Positions 13,509-24,279 of a stretch of DNA of 64,000 bases are shown piece after piece. How positions within the stretch are numbered: position 1 is the first letter of the stretch; each line of letters starts with the position of its first letter. Location: contig OU015566.1 in assembly GCA_907165135.1 (NCBI GenBank), forward strand, positions 7,998,001 through 8,062,000, in the 5' to 3' direction. The stretch comes from Oikopleura dioica (Eukaryota > Animalia > Chordata). Made by a program: the position numbers and the translations under genes. The notes beneath the pieces are model-generated. The model did no database searches and was not told where the DNA came from. It saw only the letters and a list, made by a program, of their open reading frames with translations.

Positions 13509-16500
13509 CCAGCCAATGACCCTCAAACGATCTCACGATCGTAAGCAAAGAATTTCTTTAGAAAAGAGTGAAAAGAAGAGATAAGTGAGGTTTTGCGGTA
13601 ACTTCGAAATATGTAAATTGTAAGTGAAGAGCGTCTTGTTCTGAAGAAACTGTTTTGATGATAATCACTCATATCTATATTATATATACATGTTTATTTT
13701 CTGACAAAGTGAGATCTTCCGCCTTCAAATTTGATAATTAATTAAGCCTGGATCAATTGCTTATTAATTGTTATAATATAACACCCGCGAAAATGCGCCT
13801 TTCTGAACATATCGTGTTGGCAAAATATTGCTCAATTATAAATTCACCAAGTTTTTTCAGCAAAGCTAATAGATTTTCTTGTCTAGTTTTCTCATTCCGT
13901 TAGTTATTCAGAAAAAAAAACCGCCTGACTCCGCACGTGAGCAAACTGATGCTCAACCCTTTTTTTGATTTCTTGATGTTTCGACCTTTGAAATGGACGT
14001 GTTGTGATGGCAGCAGCTACAAGCTCCTCGGTCGGTTCTACAGCTTGTTGATGAGACCACGGGCGAGCATGTTTCAATTTTCAAAAGCGGTGTTTTTTTC
14101 GTAAAAAAATGGAACCAACTGAAGGTCAATTGGAGCATCAATTTTCAGTTTTCTAAAATTGGGCTCTGCTTTCTCTTACACCGTGAACTCACCGAATAAG
14201 TAACTTAGTTCTACCATAGTACGAGTAGATACAAGGAAAAGGGATGAAGTTCCGCTCACGCTGTTTTTTGGGCCTGGCCCCGGATCTTCGGGAATGAAAA
14301 AAAAAACGCGTCCAAAACAAAAAAAAAATAGCCAAACAAAATTTCGCGCTGGAAATATTTTCAGTGACCTAGTCAATTCTCCAGGTTGACCTCAAAAAAT
14401 GATCTTCCAGCGAGCATGTTTTTTTTTAAAAGATTTATGTAAATAAAAATCAAAATAAGACAAATTTGACAAAAAGAAAAATAATTATCGGGCGTTGCAT
14501 AATGTCAAAATTATCGGAATCGGTCGTCTAAACAGGAAAAATAAGACGATTGTTTTGGGATAAGGTGTTGGAGCAATTTGTTCGATTTGCATTTTACAAG
14601 CATCTGGCTCGCGTTGCCAGTCGAACCGCCTTGAAGGATTTTGGAAGGCTTATCTCCACTGGATCCGGCTTTTTCGTGCAAGCCTCTTTCTTGTTTGCTT
14701 GTCCCGCGAAGGCCAAGCGCGTAAAAGATACCCTTATCAAGCTCGATCTCTTTAGTTAGAACGTGTGCCGCTAAATCCAACTGACAGCGTTTCTCAGACT
14801 TTTAAACTTTCAAACGAAAGATTACGTTATACCACCTGCTTTTTTTCGTTGTTCAGGAAACAATTTTCAGAAATATATTTCCCCCTTCTTACTTGTGAAA
14901 AATAGTTGTCCCGACCACAGCGCTCTTGAAAACAGAACACTATCGGTTCATCAAAATCGGTAATATCGGAAGCGGTACAAAGATAAGAGTGTATCAGATG
15001 AGGAGCTCGTCTCGGCGCAAGGACAATTAAATTTTGGTCTTCGCATTTTCCCCGGAATGAATCCAGTCGAATTTAATTGGGTAATTATGCAACCGTGATA
15101 GGGGGAAAAATTGCGATAGTTTGCGGTCAGATCTGCTCAATGTACATTTTGAACGATAGGGCCTTGATTGGGGGGAATTATGATGCTTTGTTCACGGAAA
15201 ATTTATGTTTTTTGATAAGATTTATGGAATTAAGACGGTAAATTCCCCCGTTTTGGGTGATATATCTACAGTAGAAAAAAGTCAACCCGGTAAATTATGA
15301 ATTTTGAAGGACTACTATTGTAAACTGCTGCTTGATTTCGATACTCGCCTGCAGCTAGTGCACCTTCAGCAAATGCATATTTAATCATTAGCGCATAAAA
15401 ACGACAACACACGTTTTGATTTTGAAGGCACTTGAGCGCAACACGTGATGCTTTTCGACATATTTGTTAATACTGATCAGCGTGATAGCTGTAGTAATCT
15501 ACATGCACCACAAATACTTGTGAATATTTCACGATCGAACTGCTCCATTTGATAATGCACAAAAAAACAAAGCATTTTTAACGAGCGAAATACCTGCCAT
15601 TTTCGTGATCTCTTTCCAGTTAAATAGGCGTTTTTATCTTTTACAAGTATTATGTATATATACTCTGTTTATTATGATTTCGCTGATGTTAGCTGATTGA
15701 TTGACCCGTTGGGTTATTAACTGGGCTTCGTGAAATTTTGGCACCAAATCAAACTCTATATTTTTCATGATCTTCGATTGTAAATACTCTCTAAAAGTTA
15801 TGTTCCGTAAAAAGCGAATAATTCTCTTCCTGTAGTGAGAGGATATGACAGGACAAGCGGAAATTGCCTTTATTATTTATTTTTCAATAATAAAAATATT
15901 TTTAATGACGCGCAATTTTAGGACCATTCCTTGAACGTGTCTTCCTGTATTTAAAATATTCTGGACTCATGATTTTTCTTTCAAAAAACAGCATCAAAGG
16001 TTCGGCTACGTCTAATTCAATCAAATTTTTCTCGCGACTCTCGCTCCTCTGTTTTTCCTAAGTCCACGGGTTTACTCCCAAATCAAGCCGAGCAAGAAAA
16101 AAATTAAAAAAAATGTTCAAATTTTCCTTCTTGCTTTTTATTATTAATTTATCTGTTTGTGTATTTGGTAGAATTTATCTGATGTTGGGAAAAATATTTT
16201 ATTTTTCTGACGAGTGGAGTGGGCAGAAAACGTGGGGGCATTTTTTGGTATTTAGGGCGAAAACAAGCTTTTGATTTTATAAGAGCGTATTCTTTTTGTA
16301 TGGTTTGGAAATCCTGGAAGGGGAAATAATTAAGATTGAGTACGGCTGGAGAGCGAGTTTGTTTTGTACCTCGAGTTTTATAAAAATCGTCTGCTTATCA
16401 TACTACAAACATCATGAAACAAAAACGTGATGCTCTGGCTAAAGCGTACTTGTTTAACTCTTGACAAACTTTTGCCAAAGGATTGGTCAGCACGTATGCT

Positions 16501-17153
16501 TGGGCTAAACTCTCTTTCTTCTGATTCGATGAAATAAGAGAATCAGCTCTTGGGCCAAAGTTTTGTTTGGCTAAGCCGCTTTGCGGCTTCGTTTTTAAAA
16601 AAAGCCGCTTCGCGGCTTTCATCAAAGCTTCTTCATTATTCAGAGGAAGAATGAAGTCAGAAAAAGTGACTTCATCGGCATGCAATTAAAAATGTTCCCG
16701 ACGCATTCTCTGTTGTCAGAAATCCTTTATGCAATAAATTCCGCTAGAATAATATAAAATTCCTGCCGACAGGCCTCTGTCTTCCCAAAAACGTGCAGTG
16801 GCGGTTTATAAGATTTAGAATCTTGTTTCTAATTTTGACTTCAAGTATTGTTTCGTAAAAGATAATAGAAAATATTGAGGCGGGAAATTGCCTTCTGAGG
16901 AAAGAAAAATATCCCCTCACCTTTGTGCGCGACGCCGGATTTTGAAAAAGGACGCACACCTGTAACAATAACGGCTGCTTTTTATAGATTCTGGGAAGAG
17001 AAAAGGGCTGGTTCTGTTGGCAAAATCATGTGAATTTCATAACGACGCGCGACCATGTAACGTGTTTTATTTTCAGTGAGTAGTAGTAGTAGCAGTGATT
17101 AGCAGCGTCAAAGAACCGACTATTTTTATTACCAAGGTCTTTTGTCCTTTTAT

Positions 17154-17997
17154 TCACCAGGCTTCGTCATCTTCCGAATGGTAATCATCGTATTTCGCAT
17201 TGTCATCGGCGGGTGATTCCTTGGCTTCGTCACAAGAACTGTCCGAATATTCCATTTTTCGTTTTCGATCACACTTTTTCGTTGTGACTTTGAATCGGCC
17301 GTCTTCATCGCGGTAGAGTTCAAGCGCGTCTTCGCCCTCCGCCTTTACCTCTGAAAAACGATTTGGGAAGAATTCCATGCTTCTAACTTACGAAGAAGAA
17401 TGTCGAACAAAACATCGATTCGGTTTTCATCGTCAGCCGAGCCTTTTTTGAAGAGCTTGATGAGCTTGAACTGCTTTGTCAGGGCATGAAGGCTGGCGCC
17501 TCCTTTTTCGCTCTTCACAGGAAAATGATCGGCAGGAGAGATGTCGCAGTCGGCATCCATGAACTGATGGGGTGTTCGTCTATCCCTCCAATTTGCAACT
17601 GCGGTCGAAAATTTTTTCTTCATCTCGCGCCTCCAATCGATGTTGACGTCTTCTTCGAAGTTCTCCCAGCTGAATGACTTTGCCGGCGATTGGCTGGACG
17701 CTTCTTTTTCCCAACTTCGTTCCACCGTTCGGTCCGTTCCAAAAGAAGCTGAATCTTCAGTGTCAGACTCTTGGTTTTCGTCTTCCGATTCTACTGAGCA
17801 ATATTGTCCTGGGTTTCTATACTCGTAATCGATGTGGAATCCGTCATATTTGTCTAATGCGGGTTTTACAGTACCGGAATTGATATTATCAAAACAAAGC
17901 ATTAGATATACCAATCATTGAATAAAATGGATGTGATTAAACCTGCTGCCTTTATTCTGCATCCGATTTATGGCGTAATACGAAGCGACCCTGTCAA
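17154..17997 (-). CDS. Acidic coding exons downstream of HENMT1: alternative 3' end of HENMT1 or a separate downstream gene
   Basis: Acceptor TTTCAG at 17998; long ORF 17914-17345; GT-AG intron joining ...DVLFDILL|QVKAEGEDALELYRDEDGRFKV...EDDEAW* (stop at 17154). The junction between the 17997 exon and the long ORF is ambiguous. Confidence 0.6.
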
Positions 17998-18202
17998 CTG
18001 AAACTGGAAACACGTGATTAGAACACTCGATTCCTCTTTTAGAGAGTTGACCAATTATCAGTTTATCCGTTTATTTTTTTCAGTGGTTTTCTTTTTTTTG
18101 TCAGTGGAAATGTGTCACTCAGTGATAAATGCGTTTGAAAATTGAACTAATATTACATGTAATTGGAATAAGAATAAGTGCAATTTTTTGGCTAAATTGA
18201 AT

Positions 18203-19804
18203 TTAAGCTAGGGCGTAAAGAAGAGCACGAGAGCCCGGTTGCGGATAGCACATGTACTCGCACTCTGGATCGTGGTCACATTCTTGTGGCACATCTAGGG
18301 GTAGGTTAACTACGAACGCGTGAATCAGCTGTGGTCCACATTGCGGATAGTAGTAGTATTCACAATATGGACAGTGTTCACATTCTAGCACGGAATGATA
18401 ATGCTGATGGTGCAACTCGTACTGGCTGGTATCTATGGTCGCTTGCGCACAGTGGTCTTCGTCGTTATCCGTCCCTGAAATGAGCCATAAGAAGTCAATT
18501 CTTTACGATGTGCACTTACAGTTCTGAGGTCCAGTCGGAAATCGATAATACTTGCCGATCTCCTCAGTAAAGGCACCGGCAGGCTTCCTCTCGTCAGGAG
18601 ACGTCCAGGACTTATGCCGCTGTGCTTCGTCAGGCTCTGGAATCTCAGCAGAAGTGTTGAGAATCTGAAGCACTGCATCGTAGAGCATCGATTTGAAGTC
18701 AAACTTCCGCAATGTCGTCTTGTGGATTTGCTTGTACTTCGACTCTAAAATTTTACAATGAAGATCTTTTGGGTAAAATTTGTCTTTACTTAGAGGTCGC
18801 TCGGGATGAAGACTTGGATAGGGCTTGAGAGTGAAGACTGCTGATTGGCTGCAGAAACCCTTGGAGTAGTCTCCTCCCCAGTGTTTTCCAATGCCTTCGA
18901 TTTTTACCGAGTACTCAGGATACTCCCGCAGACAATGCTCAGTGAACTTTTTGAACTCCTCCCTTGTCTAAACAAAAATTTAGGATGCGCTAAAAAGTTG
19001 ATTGCTTACCCATTCAAATCGATGATCGTCATGTCTGAAATTGCCATGCGGCATCGTCGACCAGTGCGAATTGAAATCACCGTTTGGTGTCGTAATTATC
19101 GCTGTTTTTGGCCGTATGTCGCGGAAAATCGTCTTCAACAAGCCAGGATGATCTTCTTCGTTGATGTGCTCGATCAACTCGATGCAGCTCAAGAAGTCGA
19201 TTCCTTGGAGACTTGTTTCTGGAGCTTCGCAAGCGTTTCCTTGGTAGAGCTAGAGAATTGGTCAGGAACAATCTTTCTTTCAGTAACATTACCTCAACAG
19301 AACAATCATGTTCCCTCTTGAAATCATTTCCCAAGTAGAAATTGTCAAAGTTCGACTCTAGCGTGAATTTGTTGCTTACCAACAACTCTTTTTGAATATC
19401 CACTCCTAAAAGCGATTGAAAGAGGGAAGAAAAAGGATGAAACTTACCCACAACTCTTCTCAACTGTAATTTGGCGAGTTCGCGAACAAACTTGCACTCC
19501 GCACATCCCAAGTCGATCACTGACTTCGCTTTTGTCTTCTCAATGTAATTTATTACATAGTCGTAGCGCTGGAGATATAATTTCGGCTAAAAAGGGTTGA
19601 AACGAAACTGTTCAAAATATTCCCCCTGACCTCAAAGTAAGTGATGTTTCCAGTGGGCACATCGTGCTCCACCTGGTCCATTTCTTTCTCCACCGCCGGC
19701 ATTGTCGGCAGCGTCAATTTTCCCTCACTCTCTTTATCCGGGCCATCTCTAGAATCCTCCTCCTTGGTCGACCATTCATCATCCCCGCGCGCTATTTCCG
19801 CCAT
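18203..19804 (-). CDS. HENMT1: Small-RNA 2'-O-methyltransferase (HEN1 family), multi-exon
   Basis: Spliced product contains FEPKLYLQRYDYV, SAM motif VIDLGCAECKF, GVDI, IELIEHI, IITTPNGDFN and FRHDDHRFEW. These match the metazoan HEN1 motifs (LY.QRY, DLGCG, E.IEH, TPN.EFN, RH.DHKFEW). Confidence 0.93.
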
Positions 19805-19984
19805 CTTTTCTCTCTGTTTCTGTTTTTTTTCTCGCAGAAGCAGCGAGTTCTGGGAATTTTCTCCTCGAATCCTGTTTCTTCGATTATGTGTAGGCGATTG
19901 TGGGTGGGGAAAAAGATCATGAGGAAAAAATTTAAAATTATCTTTCGCGCCAAAACTGACCCTTCAATTTATCGCTTGTATTAC

Positions 19985-20090
19985 CTTAAAATTAACATAT
20001 TTTAATATTATTTATTTAATATTATATTTTAAAATTAATATTAAAATATATTTATTAAGAGATATTAATTATAAATAAAGAAACTTATTG
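19985..20090. repeat. Almost pure A/T low-complexity tract upstream of HENMT1
   Basis: About 100 nt with only a handful of G/C (AAAATTAACATATTTTAATATTATTTATTTAATATTATATTTTAAAATT...). Confidence 0.7.
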
Positions 20091-20100
20091 CTTTTTGTCA

Positions 20101-20250
20101 AAATAAAAAAGGACTCATTTCATCATCAATTAGTTTTTATCCCGGAATCAAGAAATATTTGATTATTCATCTTTTTCATAAATCATCAAATATTACTTGA
20201 TTCCGGGATGAAAACTCTACTGATGATGGAATCAGTCGTTTGTTATTTTT
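20101..20250. repeat. Imperfect inverted repeat (~63-bp arms), probably a decayed MITE
   Basis: CATCATCAATTAGTTTTTATCCCGGAATCAAGAAATATTTGAT is mirrored by ATCAAATATTACTTGATTCCGGGATGAAAACTCTACTGATGATG. Confidence 0.65.
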
Positions 20251-21360
20251 ACAACAAGCAGTAAGTAAATTAATTTATCCGGCTCACAATTGTCTACAAA
20301 TCTGTGTACTAGCAAATTATAAAAACTGTTTCTTCATAGAATTCTGAAAAGACACTGGTTCATGATTATTTTTTGTTTAGAAAGCATTGTGCTATCGGAA
20401 CGGTAAAAATTAATAGAGCCAGTCTCGGTACGGAGCTGCCATTCCGCCGCGATAACTGACAATTATTGAATTGCTCGGCTTTATATCTCGCGCGCCAGCT
20501 GGCGGCGAATAGACCCGCTAAATCACCACTTTTCACCGGAAAGGTCGCATTTCAAGGTTTTACCAGGGATTGTTGGTAATTGCCAATTGTTTCTGCCAGA
20601 GTTGAATTTACTGTTTAGAATAGCGATTCTTTCAATCAGTGTTTTCTAACTTCAATCTCTTTGTAACTTTCACTTGTAACTGTCTGGTCAATCCTTGGTG
20701 CTTTGCTGATTTCTGATGTTTGAGAAAGTGAAACATTACCGTTTGGATTTCTGACGACAAAATTACGTCAAAACACGGCCGCGAGTTGAGCGTAAAATTT
20801 ACCCCCAATTCGATGCTCAAAACCCACACTGTGGATATATATTTTCGCGAGTTTGTAAACCGTTCTCCTTTTTCTTGCGTTTTTTTCTTCGCGGCCGCAA
20901 TGACGCTGAATATCACGAAAAACGAATGGCTGATCTGGGTATTTTTTTAGAGGAGCCACGTTTTTTTTACGATATGGTCATTTAGTTTTAACAGCAATCA
21001 AAATCTCGTCAAGATAATTTTTATGCCAGCTGAGGAAGTACAAGCTCGATAAGAACTGACTGATGATCGTGATAAGCGTTTTCTACCGCGCTAATTGAAA
21101 AATGATTGTTAGAGGCTCTTTCTTACCAAAAAAGGAAAGTAAATACACAAGCGTGATTAGGTGCTTGCTGAAGAAAAAATCAGGTAATTAGTGGAGTTCT
21201 CAGTGATTCAGCCGTAAGAAGGTGATGATTCAAAATATCGGTACATCAGTTTTTGTTGACTAAAATGAGGAAAAAGGAAAACTTCTTGGGAATATAAAGA
21301 TGAAGATTTTGGTGCCCAAATCACAAACAAAAAGAAACAACCTCGATATCAACTTCAGCA

Positions 21361-21785
21361 ATGAACCTTTTTACTTTTCTCCATCTCTTCGCTTCAATTT
21401 CTATCATCGCTCAACCTACCAGCAGACGTCGCCATGTCAGAAGAAAATGTCACGATCATCGAGGAAGAACGTTTTCAGATGTCGATCGAAAAATACTGAA
21501 AAAGGAGGGATTCCAACGCACTTTGTAAGTAAAGAAAATGAAATAAATTTTTATCATTTGTATTTTCAGTGCAATTTAAAAGATTCCGATCTCTCCTGTT
21601 TGGAAGAAGAATTCGGGGATGAACTCATCAGAACAGTTCACAGAGCCTGTTCTCATTTTCGAAGACAAGGGTGTTTGGAAGAAAACACAGTAGCCCTTAT
21701 GAAAGAAAGGCCATTCTCTAGAAGATTCAAATGCTTTTGCAAGATAGGCCACAAAGGAGAAAAATGCGATAAATATAACGAATAA
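21361..21785 (+). CDS. Small secreted Cys-rich protein with C-terminal EGF-like motif, copy A (exons 21361-21524, 21570-21785; apparent 1-nt frameshift in the A5 run at 21499-21503)
   Basis: Signal-like MNLFTFLHLFASISIIA; GT-AG 45-nt intron; exon 2 CNLKDSDLSC...ACSHFRRQGC...KCFCKIGHKGEKC. Exon 1 is 164 nt and needs one extra base to join exon 2 in frame. Confidence 0.7.
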
Positions 21786-21972
21786 TCTATGCTACACAAA
21801 ATAACTATTGCTTTCAAACTGCTAGAGTACTGAAAATTTGCCTGTTGTAGGCATTATCTTCGAAAATACATCCATTTTATTCAACAAATTGAAAGAACTC
21901 TCAATTTGATAAGAGGTCATTATGAGCTGAGATGTTTAGCGTTGTTTCTTTTTCAACAAAACATCTTTAGTA

Positions 21973-22394
21973 ACATAGGTCATCCCTTTGTTACCAGGAT
22001 AAACGTCGGCGAAAATCTGAATTTAGCAGGATAGACCCGTGGCAAACGAGCCCCCACGTTAGCAGCATAAACTTTGGCAAAAGGGGTCATTCTTAGCAGG
22101 GTAAACTTTGGCACCAAGTTAACAGGGTTGAATGAATCACGATTGCTCTGCCTCACGGAGCGGGTTCGAATGGCGCGCAAATGAGTTTTGATTTCCGCCG
22201 CTGATTTCACGCTGGAGGCGCTCACTTATGATTCACCTACCCTATTAATTGAGTGCCAAAGTTTACCCTGCTAACAATGACCCATTTTGCCAAAGTTTAT
22301 GCTGCTAACGTGGGGTCTCGTTTGCCAGGGGTCTATCCTGCTAAATTCAGATTTTCGCCGACGTTTATCCTGGTAACAAGGGGATGACCTATGT
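21973..22394. mobile_element. MITE with 142-bp terminal inverted repeats
   Basis: 21973-22114 is close to the reverse complement of 22253-22394 (ACATAGGTCATCCC...GGGATGACCTATGT). It is flanked by direct TAGTA (21968-21972 and 22395-22399), which can also be read as a TA duplication. Confidence 0.88.
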
Positions 22395-22640
22395 TAGTAC
22401 AAGCTCGATAAGAACTGGCTGATGATCATGATAACCATTTTCTAGCGCAGTAAATGAATAGTGATTCTGAATGGCTCTAACATAATTAACATAGAATCAT
22501 GCTGATTAGTGTGGGAAATAAGAAACGTAGAAAAGGGAAAGTCATATTATTCGTCAAAATGTATATAAAGTGCTGAAATCTCCGATGTTTGAAATAATTT
22601 TTAAAGTAAAAACAACAAGTGAACAAACTCAAGTTTATAA

Positions 22641-23096
22641 ATGAAATTTTATTCCTTTTTAATTCTTTGCTCTTTGATAGCTTCTCCTATAACTGGTAGA
22701 GCCATCACTAGAACGAATAAGACAAGAGATCTTTACTGTAACCATCAATTGTCACATCCTTCTGAGGATCTAAAAACTGTACTGGATACACAAGGAAAAT
22801 ATATTCCGCATCCATTCGAGTTTGTTAGTAAAAAAATAAATAATATAAAACTCGTATTTAAATTTACCATCAAATGATAAACCATGTAATAAAATCATCA
22901 TTTTTAGTGCGAGATGATAGACTTCGAAAGCAGCTGTTTACCAAAAGAGTTCGAAGATCAACTCAAAAGTGCCTGTTCTCATTTTCGAAAAGAAGACTGT
23001 TCGAGGACAAACACACTCGCCATCAAAGGAGGATTAACTAAGAAATGCTTATGTAAACCAGGCTTCACAGGAACAACATGCAAGAGCTTAAATTAA
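22641..23096 (+). CDS. Small secreted Cys-rich protein with C-terminal EGF-like motif, copy B (exons 22641-22823, 22908-23096)
   Basis: Signal peptide MKFYSFLILCSLIASPITG; phase-0 GT-AG intron at the same position as in copy A; exon 2 CEMIDFESSC...SACSHFRKEDC...KCLCKPGFTGTTC. Confidence 0.8.
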
Positions 23097-23484
23097 AGCT
23101 TTAATGCCGCAGAAAATATAAATGCCAATATCTTTGAAACTGCTTTTCTAACTGCTTACCAAAAATTCGCCTGCTACCAGCACTAAGTTCATTGCTTGCC
23201 AAATAATCTGACAAAATATAATTCATTCTACTGATACATCCTCTCTTTTCCAACAAAAAAGCACTGTTTCGTCCTGGATCTGTGGCCAAGTGGATTGTAA
23301 GCAATCGAATTTATCGGGGTGGATGCAAATCCGCGGCGAATGCAAATTGTTTGAAAGTATCTCCAGTGCTCACGCCAACGTGCTGAGCGGGCGCATTGTT
23401 TCCGATACTCTAGCCACGATAGGGGAAGGGCACGATGTTTAAACTTTGGGAAAATTTATTCAAGCGGAGTAGGTAACAAATTAA

Positions 23485-24141
23485 GGGGGAGGTCGACGAG
23501 AATCGGGATTTCCGTGACCAAAAATGCGGAGAAACCCGATAAGATAGGAAAATTCTGACTTTTCAGATTGAAAGAAAAGGGTTTGAAAAATTAACCGGCG
23601 AAAAGCAGAAAAAAAATTTTTTCGAAAAATTTTCCAAAAATTAAGGTTGAAGTGGGGGTGTCTCGTGACCAAAAAATCTCGAAAAACCGAGTTTTTTTTT
23701 CTTCATCAAATATAATTTATAAATAGTTTAGACCCTTAAAAATTAACCGGCGATCAAAAAATTAAGGGTTACTTTCATAAAAAAAATTTTCTTATTGATT
23801 AAAAATATTCGATTTTCGTCAAAATCGGCATTTTTACCCATTTTTTCGTGGAAATTTCTGCAAAAATCACAAAAACTTGTATTTTTTAAAAATTATTAGT
23901 CAGAAATCATTTTAAAACAATGCCTAGTGCATAATTATCAGTTTCAGATAGTTTTTGGACGAAATCACCAACTAATAATTTTCAAGAAATTTCAAGTTCG
24001 AGACTTAAAATCGAAAATTTTACATTAAAAAGTTAACAAATTGAGAAAAAGCTAGAGACCAAAAATACTCCTTTTTTATCGAGGAATCAATATAATCAAA
24101 ATTTTGAAAAGGCGAAAAAAAATTTCTCGACGACCTCCCCC
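23485..24141. mobile_element. Non-autonomous DNA transposon with TTAA target-site duplication (Kolobok-like ends)
   Basis: TTAA|GGGGGAGGTCGACGAGAA ... TTCTCGACGACCTCCCCC|TTAA. TIRs are ~17 bp with 1 mismatch, and the interior is AT-rich and non-coding. Purine-starting (GG) ends with TTAA fit Kolobok rather than piggyBac (CC). Confidence 0.75.
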
Positions 24142-24262
24142 TTAAGGGCTTTGATAAACGATTGAGTCACGCAGCTGCTTTCTTTTGGAAAAAGAGGCGA
24201 AAAATAATTTTAAAAAGATGATTTTAAGACTCTCACTTTGATCCGAACCACCAGACAGAAAA

Positions 24263-24279
24263 CTAACCCTAACCCTAAC
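24263..24279. repeat. Short interstitial (CCCTAA)n telomere-like repeat
   Basis: CTAACCCTAACCCTAAC, about 3 units. Confidence 0.5.

Noticed and set aside
14511-14780. Overlapping 89-aa (-) and 69-aa (+) ORFs
   Set aside because: No domain signal or exon chain; probably chance ORFs in a GC-richer patch.
22150-22185. GGTTCGAAT, resembling a tRNA T-loop/B box
   Set aside because: No cloverleaf can be built around it; it is internal to the MITE.
21980-22225. 81-aa ORF
   Set aside because: Lies entirely within the MITE; no transposase similarity.
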